Assembly (NCBI GenBank): GCA_051294375.1
Contig: CM119265.1
Coordinates: 11,031,918 to 11,095,917, forward strand
From: Paraspadella gotoi
Taxonomy: Eukaryota > Animalia > Chaetognatha
DNA: 64,000 nt
Reading direction: 5' to 3'
Shown here: positions 52,101 through 64,000 of the stretch, one piece after another
How positions within the stretch are numbered: the stretch's first letter is position 1
How the letters are laid out: each line of letters starts with the position of its first letter
Notes under the pieces: model-generated
Databases searched by the model: none
What the model was told of the DNA's origin: nothing
What the model saw: only the letters and a program-made list of their open reading frames with translations
Position numbers and translations under genes: made by a program

Positions 52101-52827
52101 ATTGCTGGAATGGTGGACTTTTCTGTGAGAGAAGCAACTTTTCAGTCGGATCTGCTTATCTGCTTATCTAATTCACTTTGTCGGTCCGTCGGTCCACCCA
52201 AAATATTGTCAGTAAATCATTATTATCATATCAGAACCTCGAATTATGATAAATTATGCAAAAAAAATTATGTCCGTCCGTCTCCCCTTAGCAAAAAACT
52301 CAAATTACTCGTGATTGGATGGATGGATTGGTATGAAATTTTGTGTGTGAGTAGGAACAGTGTGATTGAGATGGATATGAAGTTTCGATGGAATCGTGCG
52401 AGCGGAAATTGGTTTAAATGGAAAAAACAAAAAAATATATTTCACTATTTGAACACCATTGCTCATGAGTGGATAGGGCAATTGACTTGAAATTTTGTAT
52501 GATGGTAGGAAAGTGTGTGATTGAGCTGGATATATAGTTTCGATAGAATCGTGCGAGTGGAAATGAGTTAAAATGGAAAAAACAAAAGTCATATTTACTT
52601 GAAGTATTTTTACATAAATTTACTCATAATTATTATGTTTATTAAAAATTGGATAGATAAATTGAAATGGAATTTTGTGTGTGGGTAGGAAAGTATGTGA
52701 TAAAGCTGGATATAAATTTTTTGATGGAATCGTAGGAGTGGAAAAGAGTTCAAATTAGAAAACCAAAAGACACATTTATTTGATTTTTTAAAGTTTCTCT
52801 CTCTCTATCTCTGATTGATTGATTGAT

Positions 52828-53049
52828 TGACCAAATTATGCCAATTGACAAAATATGCCAGTTGACCAAATTATGCCAGTTGACCAAATTATGCCAGTTG
52901 ACAAATTATGTCAGTTGACCAAATTATGTCAGTTGACCAAATTATGTCAGTTGACCAAATTTTGTCAGTTGACCAATTTTGTCAGTTGACCAAATTATGC
53001 CAGTTGACCAAATTATGTTAATTGACCAAATTATGTCAGTTGAACAAAT
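52828..53049. repeat. 18-bp minisatellite (GTTGACCAAATTATGYCA)n; relatives at ~28580-28890, 35740-36270, 48388-48500
   Basis: Read directly from the sequence. Confidence 0.9.
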
Positions 53050-53051
53050 TA

Positions 53052-53961
53052 CAGAAGGCTTCATATTATAAAATGAGGTACCCCTTTTTTGTGACCAGAA
53101 CTCGTTCCGAGAAAACTACTGAACCAAATTTATTGAAATTTGGAATGAACGATCTCTATGTGAATTCTAATAAAACTATCAAGGCGAATTTCAATATTTG
53201 ACCGCTGAGCCGAGATATGGGCCCCCGGGGGGTCACCCATGGGGGCAAAAAATGGTCAAATTTTTCTATTATTTTTGCTTTGAACAGTTTCACAAACGTT
53301 TACTCTTCCACAAAAACTTATTTATTACCTCAAAAATATTCATTTACCATAATTTTTAGCTTCATGAACATCATCAGATTTGGAATAATTTGGGAAAATT
53401 GGAAGTAAAACGATGAACCATGCATCTTCAACCATGCTTAATTATTGCAAATTTATCAATATTAGTTCTAAAATGTTTTTTTTTTATGTTTAAAACGTCA
53501 ATGCACCTGATGCTACTAAAGAATTTTGGCCCCCCAGGGGTCCACCCCAAGGGCCCTGTATCTCTTGTCAGGGGTTGAATATCAAAATTCGCCTCGATAG
53601 TTCCATTTATATAGTCATTAGCACTCTAAATGTAAAATTTCATTAAATTTGATCGGGTAGTTTGGTGGGAACATATTCTGGTCACAAAAAAGGGGTACTG
53701 TGGCGGTATATTCACACCGCCTCATGTCCACCATCCTTCAGCCAAATCCATTGGGTCAGAGGGTGAACACACCATCCCAGGCGTAGTGTTCCCTCTGTGT
53801 TGGCAAAGCGAGACCGTCCTATGGTAACCGCGCCAGTGACTGGATGCGTCACTGAGGGTCGGAAACCCCCAAAGCTAACAGTGAGATGCCCCATCCCAAT
53901 GGGCATCACAGGCAACCCGGCTATTGCCATAGTACCTCATTTTATAATATGAAGCCTTCTG
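53052..53961. mobile_element. TA-flanked CAG...CTG non-autonomous DNA element (Tc1/mariner-like ends); further TIR copies at 29405-29440, ~37690-37724 and 60323
   Basis: TIR CAGAAGGCTTCATATTATAAAATGAGGTACTRTGGC at both ends, with TA on each side. Confidence 0.8.
53081..53695. mobile_element. MITE with TIR CCCCTTTTTTGTGACCAGAA inserted in the TIR of the preceding element; second copy starts at 60352
   Basis: 20-bp TIRs with a TA duplication. Removing it restores the outer TIR. Confidence 0.85.
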
Positions 53962-54184
53962 TAGTTATATTCTAACTTTTAAGGCAATGGTGGCCCATTC
54001 GGACTACCTATTGTCTTTCTTAGTTTATCCATTTGTATTGACAATGAAAGTGCATGTACAAGACGAGAATAAAAATAATCTAAATGTTGAGATGGGCCGA
54101 GCAGATAAAAGAAAAATTTTAAAATTTTTAGTAAAATAAATTCACCAAACTAGTTTGCTAAAGAATTGTATAAATCTTATCACT

Positions 54185-54868
54185 ACTGCACTAGTGCACT
54201 GGTAAAGACGAAGAAAGTACGGCGTATGCAACATGGCCAACTTCAGAGCTGACGTAAACCACTCTGAGATTTGACAATTACATATTTATTCTCGAAAGTT
54301 TTTGCCAAATCTCGAGCTTGATTATTAAATAAAAATAACTCGTTCAAATCCTATAAATCTCTTAACTACAGGCATGACTACATGTCTAGTACATCGCTTA
54401 TTTACAAAAACAACCACCTTTCTCCATCGCGCAGAATCGGTGCCAACTCATCCACGACTCGTTTGGTCCCGAAATAGTTGACTTCAGAAAGGTTTTTTAG
54501 AACGATTTATTTTTATTTATTCAATAAGTTTAGTTTAGTCGAAAAGAAAAGCAATTCCACTGAAAATTGGCTCGGCGGCATAACAATCGAACAATAAAAC
54601 CAGTCCTTGAGACTCCTTTAATTTACGTACTTACAATATTAAATATTCTGACTCGAAGCCCAAAAAAGGAGAGGAAAAAAAATCAAGATCTTCAAGGCGA
54701 CCAAAAACCTGTTCTTTCAATTCCTGAAAGGCTGCTCTGCCTCTATCGGCGTTGCGTGACGAAAGGACGATGTCGTCAGCTTTTCCAATTTTTTTCTGCG
54801 CAGAAAAGTTTTGCTATGAAAAAACCGATGCCTTTGTTGGCGCCGGTTACTAAAAACACTTGAGACAA
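54185..54868 (-). pseudogene. Carbonyl reductase (CBR)-like short-chain dehydrogenase/reductase, N-terminal half, disrupted
   Basis: Minus-strand peptides appear in SDR order: SQVFLVTGANKGIGFFIAKLFC (TGxxxGIG motif), DIVLSSRNADRGRAAFQELKEQ, GIAF, EVNYFGTKRVVDELAPILRDGER, VVYVSSEVG. There is a frameshift/stop after NWK, and no YxxxK exon was found. Confidence 0.75.
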
Positions 54869-56119
54869 TAGTGATAGGTAATAGGTACTCCTGGTAGACT
54901 TTCTGGTTAAACAAAAAAGCAGGAACTTAGGTTAGCAGGAACTAGGAAATGTCCTCCGACCAAAAGGCAAAATTTAAATTCAAATAGCGAGAATCTGTAC
55001 ATTAATAATAATGATAACAATTTAAATATTTCCAGTTTTCGATTTTTGAATTTATGTTGTCGTTTTGGTTTTTATTTGCAATAAAATGTGTCTTTTTGGG
55101 CTGTAGCTCAAGACTCAGAATCTAAATAACATCGTATTAACTCCGGTTCATCTTTCTCAGATGACAATTTGGATGAGAGTGCGAAGACAATTTCGCCTGA
55201 CGAATTTTGACGTTCTCCATGCGGGTAGTCAGAAAGCGACAGACAGTGTTTCGTAATCAATCTTCCCTATTCTGTTTCTTCATTTCTCAGAATTTCCTCT
55301 CATTTAACGCTATAACTTTTCGGTCCATTCTATTTTTTTCGCCGTCGGCAAAGAGCACGAAAAGCGACGAATAGACGCGAAATGCTTAACGATGTCGTTT
55401 ATGACCGAAGGGAACAATCGGTTCAGGCGCTAACAGGTGTAGAACCGCTTTTGAGAGATCCGCGATCCATCGGGTAAAATCCGGAAATTCAAATTATATG
55501 ACAAAATACGTGGAGGACTTTCACGTGGGTTCCTCGTTGGCTTCTGAAGATGACTGATCCTTGTAGCAGTGCTGAAAAGGGTTATATTCTAAAAGTAAAA
55601 ACCCAAACTATTTATATATGCAAATTTTATCAGAATCGACCTTGATATGCTTCAGCAATCATTGCAATGATAGCAGGAAGATGGATTTGAAAATTGTCTC
55701 TTATTTTTAAACTCACTTTTTTAGATTTAATTTTTTCTCTTACTTTCAGTAAGTTTTTGAAAGAAATTTGAAATAAAATAATATTAATATTAGTCAAATC
55801 TAAAGAGAATGATGTACTTACGAATACCGTAGTATAAATTTAACTGGCCAGCTTTAATTTAATTAGGATACTCAAAAACGAGACATCTTTTTAAAAATCA
55901 ATAGCTGGAGAGTAAATTTATGATTTTTATCAATTAGTGATTGGCTATCTTAAATCTCTTTTTTCTCGGCTCTTTCATGATACTTATATAAATAATAAAT
56001 TTATATAATAATGTTNNNNNNNNNNNNNNNNNNNNNNNNNNNNNNNNNNNNNNNNNNNNNNNNNNNNNNNNNNNNNNNNNNNNNNNNNNNNNNNNNNNNN
56101 NNNNNNNNNNNNNNNTTTT

Positions 56120-56402
56120 TTTCCTTTTTTCTAAAATGAATCCACGAAAATCTCGGATGTAAATTTGGGATTTTGTATAGAGAAAAAAAAAAATAAATGG
56201 CGATAATAAAAGTTTTTAGAAGGAAAAAAATAATAAGAATTTTTCAAAAAACCAACGATCGTACATAGAGAGAGAGACAGAGAGACAGAGAGAGAGAGAG
56301 AAAAGAAGCTGAACAGAGCCGGAACTCGTTTACTCGTTTACTCGTCGCCTGGTGAAAAAAAAAGTGACTAAAATTTTTTTTTTTTTGTAAAAAAAAAAAA
56401 AA

Positions 56403-56460
<58 letters not shown>

Positions 56461-56551
56461 GGAACTCGTTTAATCGTTTACTCATCGCGCAGTGACTAAA
56501 AATTATTTTTGTAAAAAAAAAAGAGATAGAAAGAGAGAAAGAGACAGATAG

Positions 56552-56611
<60 letters not shown>

Positions 56612-57866
56612 TTTTCCCGCCAACGATACGCAATATTAGGTCACTCTTGTTTATATCGGCGTGATCTCGGTCAAGTTGATTTTTTTTTTTATACACGTAA
56701 CGTTTCCGTTGCCATCAAAACGCGTTATTAGGTCATGTTCCTCGACATTGTTTACTCGTTGCCCCGCAACGGCCACGAAATCCAGGTCAAGTAAGTTATT
56801 CTTCACATTTTCTCCAAAAAATCCACGAAAATCTCAGATGTAAATTTGGGATTTTGTATTGAGAAAGAAGCGCGGAATAAATGGCGATAATAAAAGTTTT
56901 TAGAAGGAAAGAAAAATAAGAATTTTTCAAAAAACGGTGATAAAAAAAAGTGAATAATTTTTTTTTTGTAAAAAAAAAAGAGAGAGAGAGAGAGAGAGAG
57001 GGAGGGAGACGGAGGGAGAGAGAGAGAGAGAGCCTGAACTCGTTTTTTTTAAACGATTCAGAAAAGGCAGCCCCTGATCAAATATATATGTTTTTTAGAA
57101 AGAAAAAAATAATCAGAATTTTTCAAAAAACGAACGATCACGCAAGAGATCGTACAGAGAGAGACAGACGCACACAAAGAGAGACAGAGAGAGACTGAAC
57201 TCGTTTTTAAACGATTCAGAAAAGGCAGCGCCTGAAAAAAATATATATATAATTAAAAAATAAATAAAAGAAAGGCAAAAAATGTTACTAATGGTTTACA
57301 ATTGGAAATTTTTCAAATTTTTTCCAATCGCAGCTTGTAAAAGATTTTATTTTTATTTGTATTAAAATTAAGATATAGCTTCTCATTAAAAAAATCCTTT
57401 GAGTTCCCATTTTTATTAGAAATTTAAAAAAATTTTTTTGAATTTCATCTTAATATTATATACTGCAATATGTAAATTAGCTTAAAGCATTTCTATATAC
57501 TAATTTGGATATTATAATGAGTACTATAATCTCATTTGCATATTGCAGTAAATCATAATGAAGTGGAAATTCAAAAAAAAAATACTTAAATCCAAATGTA
57601 ATGAGAAAATATCAAAGCTATTTCAAGTTGAGAAGCCATATCTAATTTTTTAACTTACTATGATCGCACACTTTTGTAAAACTTTATAATAATTCATAAT
57701 AATTTTTATTTAAAAAAAAACGGTAAGTCACAGCCAAACCTATAAAAGCGTAGTAGTTTTTATATAAAAAACAGCGTGACGGACGACGACGCCGACGACG
57801 ACGTCACAAAGAAGCAACCCTAAAACATTCTAGAGCCTGACCCGGCTTCGCCGGTCAAGGCTCGAT
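56120..57866 (+). mobile_element. Helitron/Helentron-like non-autonomous repeat with 3' GC hairpin; homologous copy ~17627-19616
   Basis: The two long homologous regions end in GAGCCTGA(C/A)CCGGCTTCGCCGGTCA..GCTCGATAAAAA. Confidence 0.55.
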
Positions 57867-58012
57867 AAAAATACTAAAATACTTTGAAGAAACTGCGTAA
57901 ATTTAGAAACATAAAACCCTACCTCATGTTAATCGCATAACTTTCTCCTTTCTCTTCACTCTTTGTCAACCAAAACTTTCAATTTTCAAAATCTAAACAT
58001 CGAACTTTGAAC

Positions 58013-59360
58013 CTGGCGACTAAAAACAAGATCGAGCTTCGACACTTTCTTTCTCTCTTTCTCTCCCTCCTTGGAGACTGAAAATGGCGAAAGTTGAGAT
58101 TAGACCTCTTAAAAAGAAAAAGAAAACATTAGCCCCCTTGGAAGAAAAAAAAAAAAAATAAATAAAATAACTGCCGCGATAAACCTTAAAGATCAAACCA
58201 ATTCGGACAACCTCAAAGGAGAATATATTGGCATCTTGGAAAACCTGATGAATTTTTCTAAAAGATTGCATCCTAATAATGCAAACCCACAAATTCTGGA
58301 TAAGAATATAATGGATCTACTTGCTTTGGTGCAGAATACACACGTCCCCTCTGCCTTTAAAAACCCAAACTGTCTCCACCTCAACTCAAACCTATTTCAC
58401 CCAAGCCAATGCTTCAACCCAGACCACAAAAACCAAGGCCAGTTGCAATCAATCTTCTCAGACAAAATTTTCTCACTCAACCTCCTCTTCCCAAACTACC
58501 CAAACCGCCATCATTTCTGATTCAGTTTCAACTCAAACCAATGTTGCCAAGACTGATTCTCAAGAGCAGACCAACTTACCAACTGTCAAAGACAAAGCTA
58601 AAGATGTAAAAACTCAAGCAGGAGATACTTCAGCTGGAAAAATCCAAGGAGAAACTTCATTTGCAAGAATCAACTTAAACAAGAATCAACACAAAAATCA
58701 AGCCTGCTCTTATCAGTCTCCGGTCAATAAATGGGAAACAAAATCAAGAAATGAAAGAACTGGAACCTGGAAAGAATACATGATCCCTCAAACCTGCGCT
58801 GAAAAAATCTATATCCCCCCTCATCGACATGTTCCTCAAGACCAAAGAAGGCAACCAGCGTTTGAAAAACCCAAAAATACTTACCCTAAACTGATTGAAA
58901 TAGACTTACAACCATGGTTGCGCCAGAAGTTTGCTGCATTTTTAGCTCAGACTTTGATGAGACTGTGACATAAATTAAAAATAAACTTTTAATCATTTAA
59001 AAAGCTTTTGATAGAAATCCAACAGTTTTAGTTTGTGACTTCTCTCACTTTTTTAGTTCTCTGTCTTTGTTTTTTTAGTCAAGAGGGAAGCATGACGATG
59101 TAATGTCACGCCATTGGGGGCCTAGACATGACATTTTGGTCAAGAAGGGGGACGCAGAGGAGGATTTAGCCTGCCGTCCAATTCTCCTCCTCTTCCTTCC
59201 TCCTCCTCCTGCCCCTCAGTATATTTTGTCTAGCGATACATTCTCTCGTTTCTACTCTTCTCGAAATATACAATTATTTTCCCCTCTATTTCTTGACGCC
59301 TTCAATACCACTCAAGTTTACATATTAATAAAAACTTATTTTTTTTGTGATTACTGATCA
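58013..59360 (+). mobile_element. Possible decayed LTR-retrotransposon fragment with S/T/Q-rich ORF 58321-58968
   Basis: TGGCGAC (PBS-like) at 58014, an A/C-rich ORF region, a purine tract AAGAGGGAAG at 59081, then an LTR-like stretch with AATAAA. No matching 5' LTR was found. Confidence 0.35.
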
Positions 59361-60488
59361 CTATAATGTATTTCTCGATGTATTAGCTCTAATACATCAA
59401 TGATTATGCATTGTTATGGTGAATGACCTTTCCTCTTAAGAGATTTGGCATTAATTTTTATACATAACATTCACGGATGAGAAACAATAAAAAATGAAAA
59501 AATCAATGATTTTTTTTTAAAACTGCATATTCTACGAGACTGTACATTAGGGTGGAGTGATAAAAAGATTGAGGGATGGAACAATGTTTTTTTGCTGCCT
59601 TTGTATATGTAATAAAAAATAATTAAGCCCTTTTTCAAAAAAAATTTGAATAACAGTATCATTAATTATAGTAATATCCTTATAAAATCATAAAATTTCA
59701 AAATCATATTTTTTTAATTCTAAGAACAATTTCGGATTCGCCGGAAAAAACTGAAAAACTTTTGTAAAATATGTTATATATTTTTAGGTTAAAGCTTCGA
59801 AAAATGACCAAAACGTCTCATCATATAATGGTTTCTACTACAAATCGTAAAAAAGTGGAGAATTTAAATTTTTTTTCCATTTTTGACGCTGAAGACATTG
59901 AAATTTTTAATAACATATTTAATATTTTTGATCTAACTTTTTATGAAGAATAAGAATCTTTAATAAAAATTTAAAAAAAAATATTTTAAAAATTTTTGAT
60001 TTTATAAGGATATTACTATAAATATATTGTAATTAATGATACTGTTCCCCAAACAATATAAGCAAAATATTTTTTGTACTCCTTAATCATACTATCTCAC
60101 ATCTAAATATCCTTGTTTGTTCACTCAAATAAAATTCATGTTGCCCAGTGCTCCACTCTACTGTACATCGCAAGTAAAAGATAAATATAGCCAACCGTTT
60201 TTATAACTGAAGAATATCCTATATTTATCAGCGAGATGAAAATAAATGACAATTATTCCACTTTCAAAATCATTGTCTAAAATATCCGAAGCGGGAGTAG
60301 AGCCTTGAGAAAAAAATGATTACAGAAAGCTTCATATTATAAAATGAGGTACCCCTTTTTTGTGACCAGAATCTGTTCCCACCAAACTACCGTATCAAAT
60401 TTTATGAAATTTTACACAGAAAGTCCTAATGATAATATAAATGGAATTTTTAATTCCTTTATGGAATATTAATTCTATATCGGTTGTT

Positions 60489-62110
60489 GTGTACTCGGTA
60501 GGAGGGTAACGGAAGTGGTAGGATTTTTCCGTGGTCGGATGTGAAACTGATGGTCTGTGTACTCGGTAGGAAGGGTAACTGAGATGGTAGAATTTTTCCG
60601 TGGTCGGATGTGAAACTGATGGTCTGTGTACTCGGTAGGAAGGGTAACGGAGATGGTAGGAATTTTCCGTGTCGGATGTGAAACTGATGGTCTGTTGTAC
60701 TCGGTAGGGAAGGGTAAGGGAGATGGTAGGGAATTTTTCCGTGGTCGGATGTGAAACTGATGGTCTGTGTACTCGGTAGGAAGGTAACGGAGATGGTAGG
60801 AATTTCCGTGGTCGGATGTGAAACTGATGGTCTGTGTCTCGGTAGGAAGGGTAACGGAGATGGTAGGAATTTTTCCCGTGGTCGATTGAAACTGATGGTC
60901 GTTGTACTCGGTAGGAGGGTACGGAGATGGTAGGATTTTTCGTGTCGGATTGTGAAACTGATGGTCTGTGTACTCGGTAGGAGGGTAACGGAGTGTAGGA
61001 ATTTTTCCGTGGTCGGATGTGAAATGATGGTCCTGTGACTCGGTAGGCAGGGTAACGGAGGATGGTAGGAATTTTCCGTGGTCGGATGTGAAACTGATGG
61101 TCTGTGTACTCGTAGGAAGGGTAACGGAGATGGTTGGAATTTTTCCGTGGTCGGATGTGAAACTGATGGCTGTGTACTCGGTAGGAAGGGTAACGGAGAT
61201 GGTAGGAATTTTTCCGTGGTCGGATGTGAAACTGATGGTCTGTGTACTCTGGTAGGAAGGGTAACGAGATGTAGGAATTTTTCCGTGGTCGGATGTGAAA
61301 CTGATTGGTCTGTGTACTCGGTAGGAAGGTAACGGAGATGTAGGAATTTTTCCGTGGTCCGGATGTGAAACTGATGGTCTGTGTACTCGGTAGGAAGGGT
61401 AACGAGATGGTAGGAATTTTTTTCCGTGGTCGGGATGTTGAAACTGATGGTCTGTGTTACTCGGTAGGAAGGGTAACGGAGATGGTAGGAATTTTCCGTG
61501 TTCGATGTGAAACTGATGTCTGTGTACTCCGGTAGGAAGGGTAACGGAGATGGTAGGAATTTTCCGTGGTCGGATGTGAAACTGATGGTCTGTGTACTCG
61601 GTAGGAAGGGTAACGGAGATGGTAGGAATTTTTCCGTGGTCGATGTGAACTGATGTCTGTGTACTCGGTAGGAAGGGTAACGGAGATGGTAGGAATTTTT
61701 CCGTGGTCGGATGTGAAACTGATGGTCTGTGTACTCGGTAGGAAGGGTAACTGGAGATGGTAGGAATTTTTCCGTGGTCGGATGTGAAACTGATGGTCTG
61801 TGTACTCGGTAGGAAGGGTAACGGAGATGGTAGGAATTTTTCCGTGTCGGATGTGAAACTGATGGTCTGTGTACTCGGTAGGAAGGGTAACGGAGATGGT
61901 AGGAATTTTTCCGTGGTCGGATGTGAAACTGATGGTCTGTGTACTCGGTAGCGAGGGTAACGGAGATGGTAGGAATTTTTCCGTGGGTCGGATGTGAAAC
62001 TGATGGTCTGTGTACTGCGTAGGAAGGGTAACGGAGATGGTAGGGAATTTTTCCGTGGTCGGATGTGAAACTGATGGTCTGTGTACTCGGTAGGAAGGGT
62101 AACGGAGATG
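60489..62110. repeat. 70-bp tandem repeat, ~23 copies
   Basis: Unit GGTCGGATGTGAAACTGATGGTCTGTGTACTCGGTAGGAAGGGTAACGGAGATGGTAGGAATTTTTCCGT, with no spacers. Confidence 0.95.
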
Positions 62111-63556
62111 TGGATCCGATGGTCGGATCGTGCCAAACGATGGCGGCGGCGTGAGCGGTCGCGCCGAAATCCTGCATCGAGCGCGAATTAGAACGAAGAG
62201 AAGCCGCGTTCGTTCCCTTGGAAAACGCTGCCTCAAACTGAGCGGAAAGGCACGAATCCGGCGTCGGAGCGAAGAACTCGGGCGGAGACGCCGCGTCGAC
62301 CCAGTGGCGGCTCTGCTGGCCGCCTGACGAGTTAACGAAGACCAGTTGGCCGTGAGAGCGTCGTCGTTTCCAACGCAGCGGAGGACCGCCACATGTTGCG
62401 GACCCATTGAGACGGGGCCGGCGCCGAACGGGCGGCCGGTAAGAAGTCGTCTAAGCCGCCGGCGTCCTCGTCCGAAGATGAAACTTCTCCGTCTTCCGCC
62501 GAATTGGAGGAATACTGGGCATCCGGGTCCGGCACTGTGTGGGACCGATGACGCTTGGGTGGAGGCGAGACCGTACGACGGTCCGAGGCAGACGCCCGAT
62601 CTGAGAGGGGCCGCCCACTGGAGTCAGAACAGCATGGAAGGAATTCGAAACGAGTCAAAGCGGTGAAGCGTAGTGGAGAGAAACCGGACCGACATGGAAT
62701 CGTCACATGTAAAAAAACGTAAGCGGTAAACAAAAATTAGCGCGAGAGAAGAAACGAAAAACTCCCGAACCCCCCCCCTCCCTCTCTTCCCCTTCCCGAC
62801 GCCCGCTACGCCACGTAAAAAACGGTAGGTGACAAAAATGGGGAGGACGGTGGGATCGTGGCGAGGCGGACCGATATAGAATTAATATTCCAAGGAATTA
62901 AAAATTCTGATATCGGTCCGCCTCGCCACGAAAAAGCCCCCTGCCAAGAGGCGGAGGGAAAAGCTATTTCTAAAAAAACGAAAATTCACAAAAAAATTTT
63001 CAATTAAAACGAAAATTAGAAAGAAAGAAATAAAAGGAGAAACAAAAAGAGGGAGGCGAGGCGTTATAAAAACGAGCTAAAAACCACTACGCCCCCTAGC
63101 GGGAAAAGAACTCACCGCTCCAAGGCGTCCAAACGCTGCCGAGACTCGCGTCGAAGGTCGTCGAAATCCTTCCGGAAGCTGTTCAAGGACGACACCATCG
63201 TCGTGAGGACAGACTCCAGTCCTCGGGCCTCGTCGCCCGGCCTTGGGGGGCGAAAAGACCGGCCGCCACCTTGCCCGACAGCGGTGTGAGCAGCTGATGC
63301 GGGAGAAGCCCCACCGCCCGGCCCGACAGTGGTGGGTCGACTGAGGCGGACCGAGCCCCCAAAACCGATGGAATCGGGCTGCCGAAAACCGCGGTAGAGG
63401 GGGAGAAGGCGGCGGTGGTGGGGAGGTGGCGGCGGGGGCGAGACCGCTCGATCTCTTTTGGATCTCTCGAGCCCCCGAGGGGTCTCCAAACCCTCTCTAC
63501 GATTCTGAGACTTGTCCGAAGTTGAGACTTCTTGTCTCGTCTCTGACTGAAGACAT
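62110..63556 (-). pseudogene. Gag-like ORF1 remnant of the DIRS-like element, with predicted intron 63115-62618
   Basis: Low-complexity R/S/P-rich ORFs with a coiled-coil-like stretch (LNSFRKDFDDLRRESRQRLDALER) and an acidic patch (SAEDGEVSSSDED). Donor CG|GTGAGT and acceptor CTCCAG|T join the two ORFs in frame. Several frameshifts are present. Confidence 0.5.
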
Positions 63557-64000
63557 CGTACGAGCGGATTTCGATCGTAGAAATACGAGAAAATCGTGAA
63601 AAAGGTAAGAAAAACGCGAAATCTAAAGTGAGATAACCGAACTAGATGAGCGCGAAAAAAGAATTGAGGATCTCAGTCACCCGGATGAGGGAGGAAGCCG
63701 GCTTCGGTGGATGCCGGCTCCCATTGGTCGGGGCCGGTCACGTGACGGCTTCCCTCTGGATTTTCTTTTTTTCATTTTTCGATGTTATTTTGTTCGTTTT
63801 TCTGACTCTGATAAACGCGCGATCTATCGACTAGCGCGAACAAAAGGGCTTTTCGTGCGAGGCGGACCGATATCAGAACTATTGATATTCAACTCATGAC
63901 AAGAGATACAGGTTCCTGGGGCTGAACCCCGGCCCTGGGGGGCCAAAAAAGGCTAAAAATATTTTTTTCATATTTTAATATTTTTAGTAGTATCAGGTGC

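Larger units (their letters stand above)
60444..63878 (-). mobile_element. Non-autonomous DIRS-like (tyrosine-recombinase class) retroelement
   Basis: It is bounded by a shared GAA/TTC trinucleotide within a host MITE and has short inverted termini plus a right extension. Internal 62857-62930 is the reverse complement of the joined ends (ICR). It carries GC-rich gag-like ORF remnants but no RT or YR. Confidence 0.75.

Noticed and set aside
31655-52920. Genuine tandem segmental duplications
   Set aside because: Each pair is separated by an N gap and differs by homopolymer indels and TE presence/absence. Uncollapsed haplotypes are more parsimonious, and read depth would decide.
55140-55575. 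Coding-like GC island upstream of the SDR relic
   Set aside because: There are stops in the frames I read and no recognisable motif, so a call cannot be supported.
60459-62177. 572-aa and 553-aa ORFs; CRISPR-like periodicity
   Set aside because: These are read-through of a stop-poor 70-bp tandem repeat. The unit is not a multiple of 3 and there are no unique spacers.

Overview
AT-rich, repeat-dense eukaryotic (probably animal) genomic DNA from a gapped, partly noisy assembly. It contains three gap-adjacent near-duplications that look like uncollapsed haplotypes. One intact gene is present: a 5-exon erlin (SPFH family, 331 aa, minus strand, 43158-21322). Its 20.5-kb intron 2 is almost entirely one small DNA element stuffed with nested insertions. 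Also present are the 3' exons of an unidentified gene and a decayed carbonyl-reductase-like SDR. The most striking observation is a ~650-bp non-autonomous LTR element with a 4-bp TSD, PBS and PPT. Its LTRs each carry a tRNA-Gly-like Pol III head followed by a predicted circularly permuted (type P5) twister ribozyme, making it a candidate 'twister LTR retrozyme'. It is present at two sites that are empty in the duplicate copy of the region. Other notable items: about 10 minimal Penelope-type hammerhead motifs; a non-autonomous DIRS-like element whose internal complementary region sits inside a predicted intron; a DNA element inserted twice at the same TA of another element's TIR; and a 2.5-kb foldback built from telomere-like repeats. 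All RNA structures and family assignments are by-eye predictions, and no database search was run.
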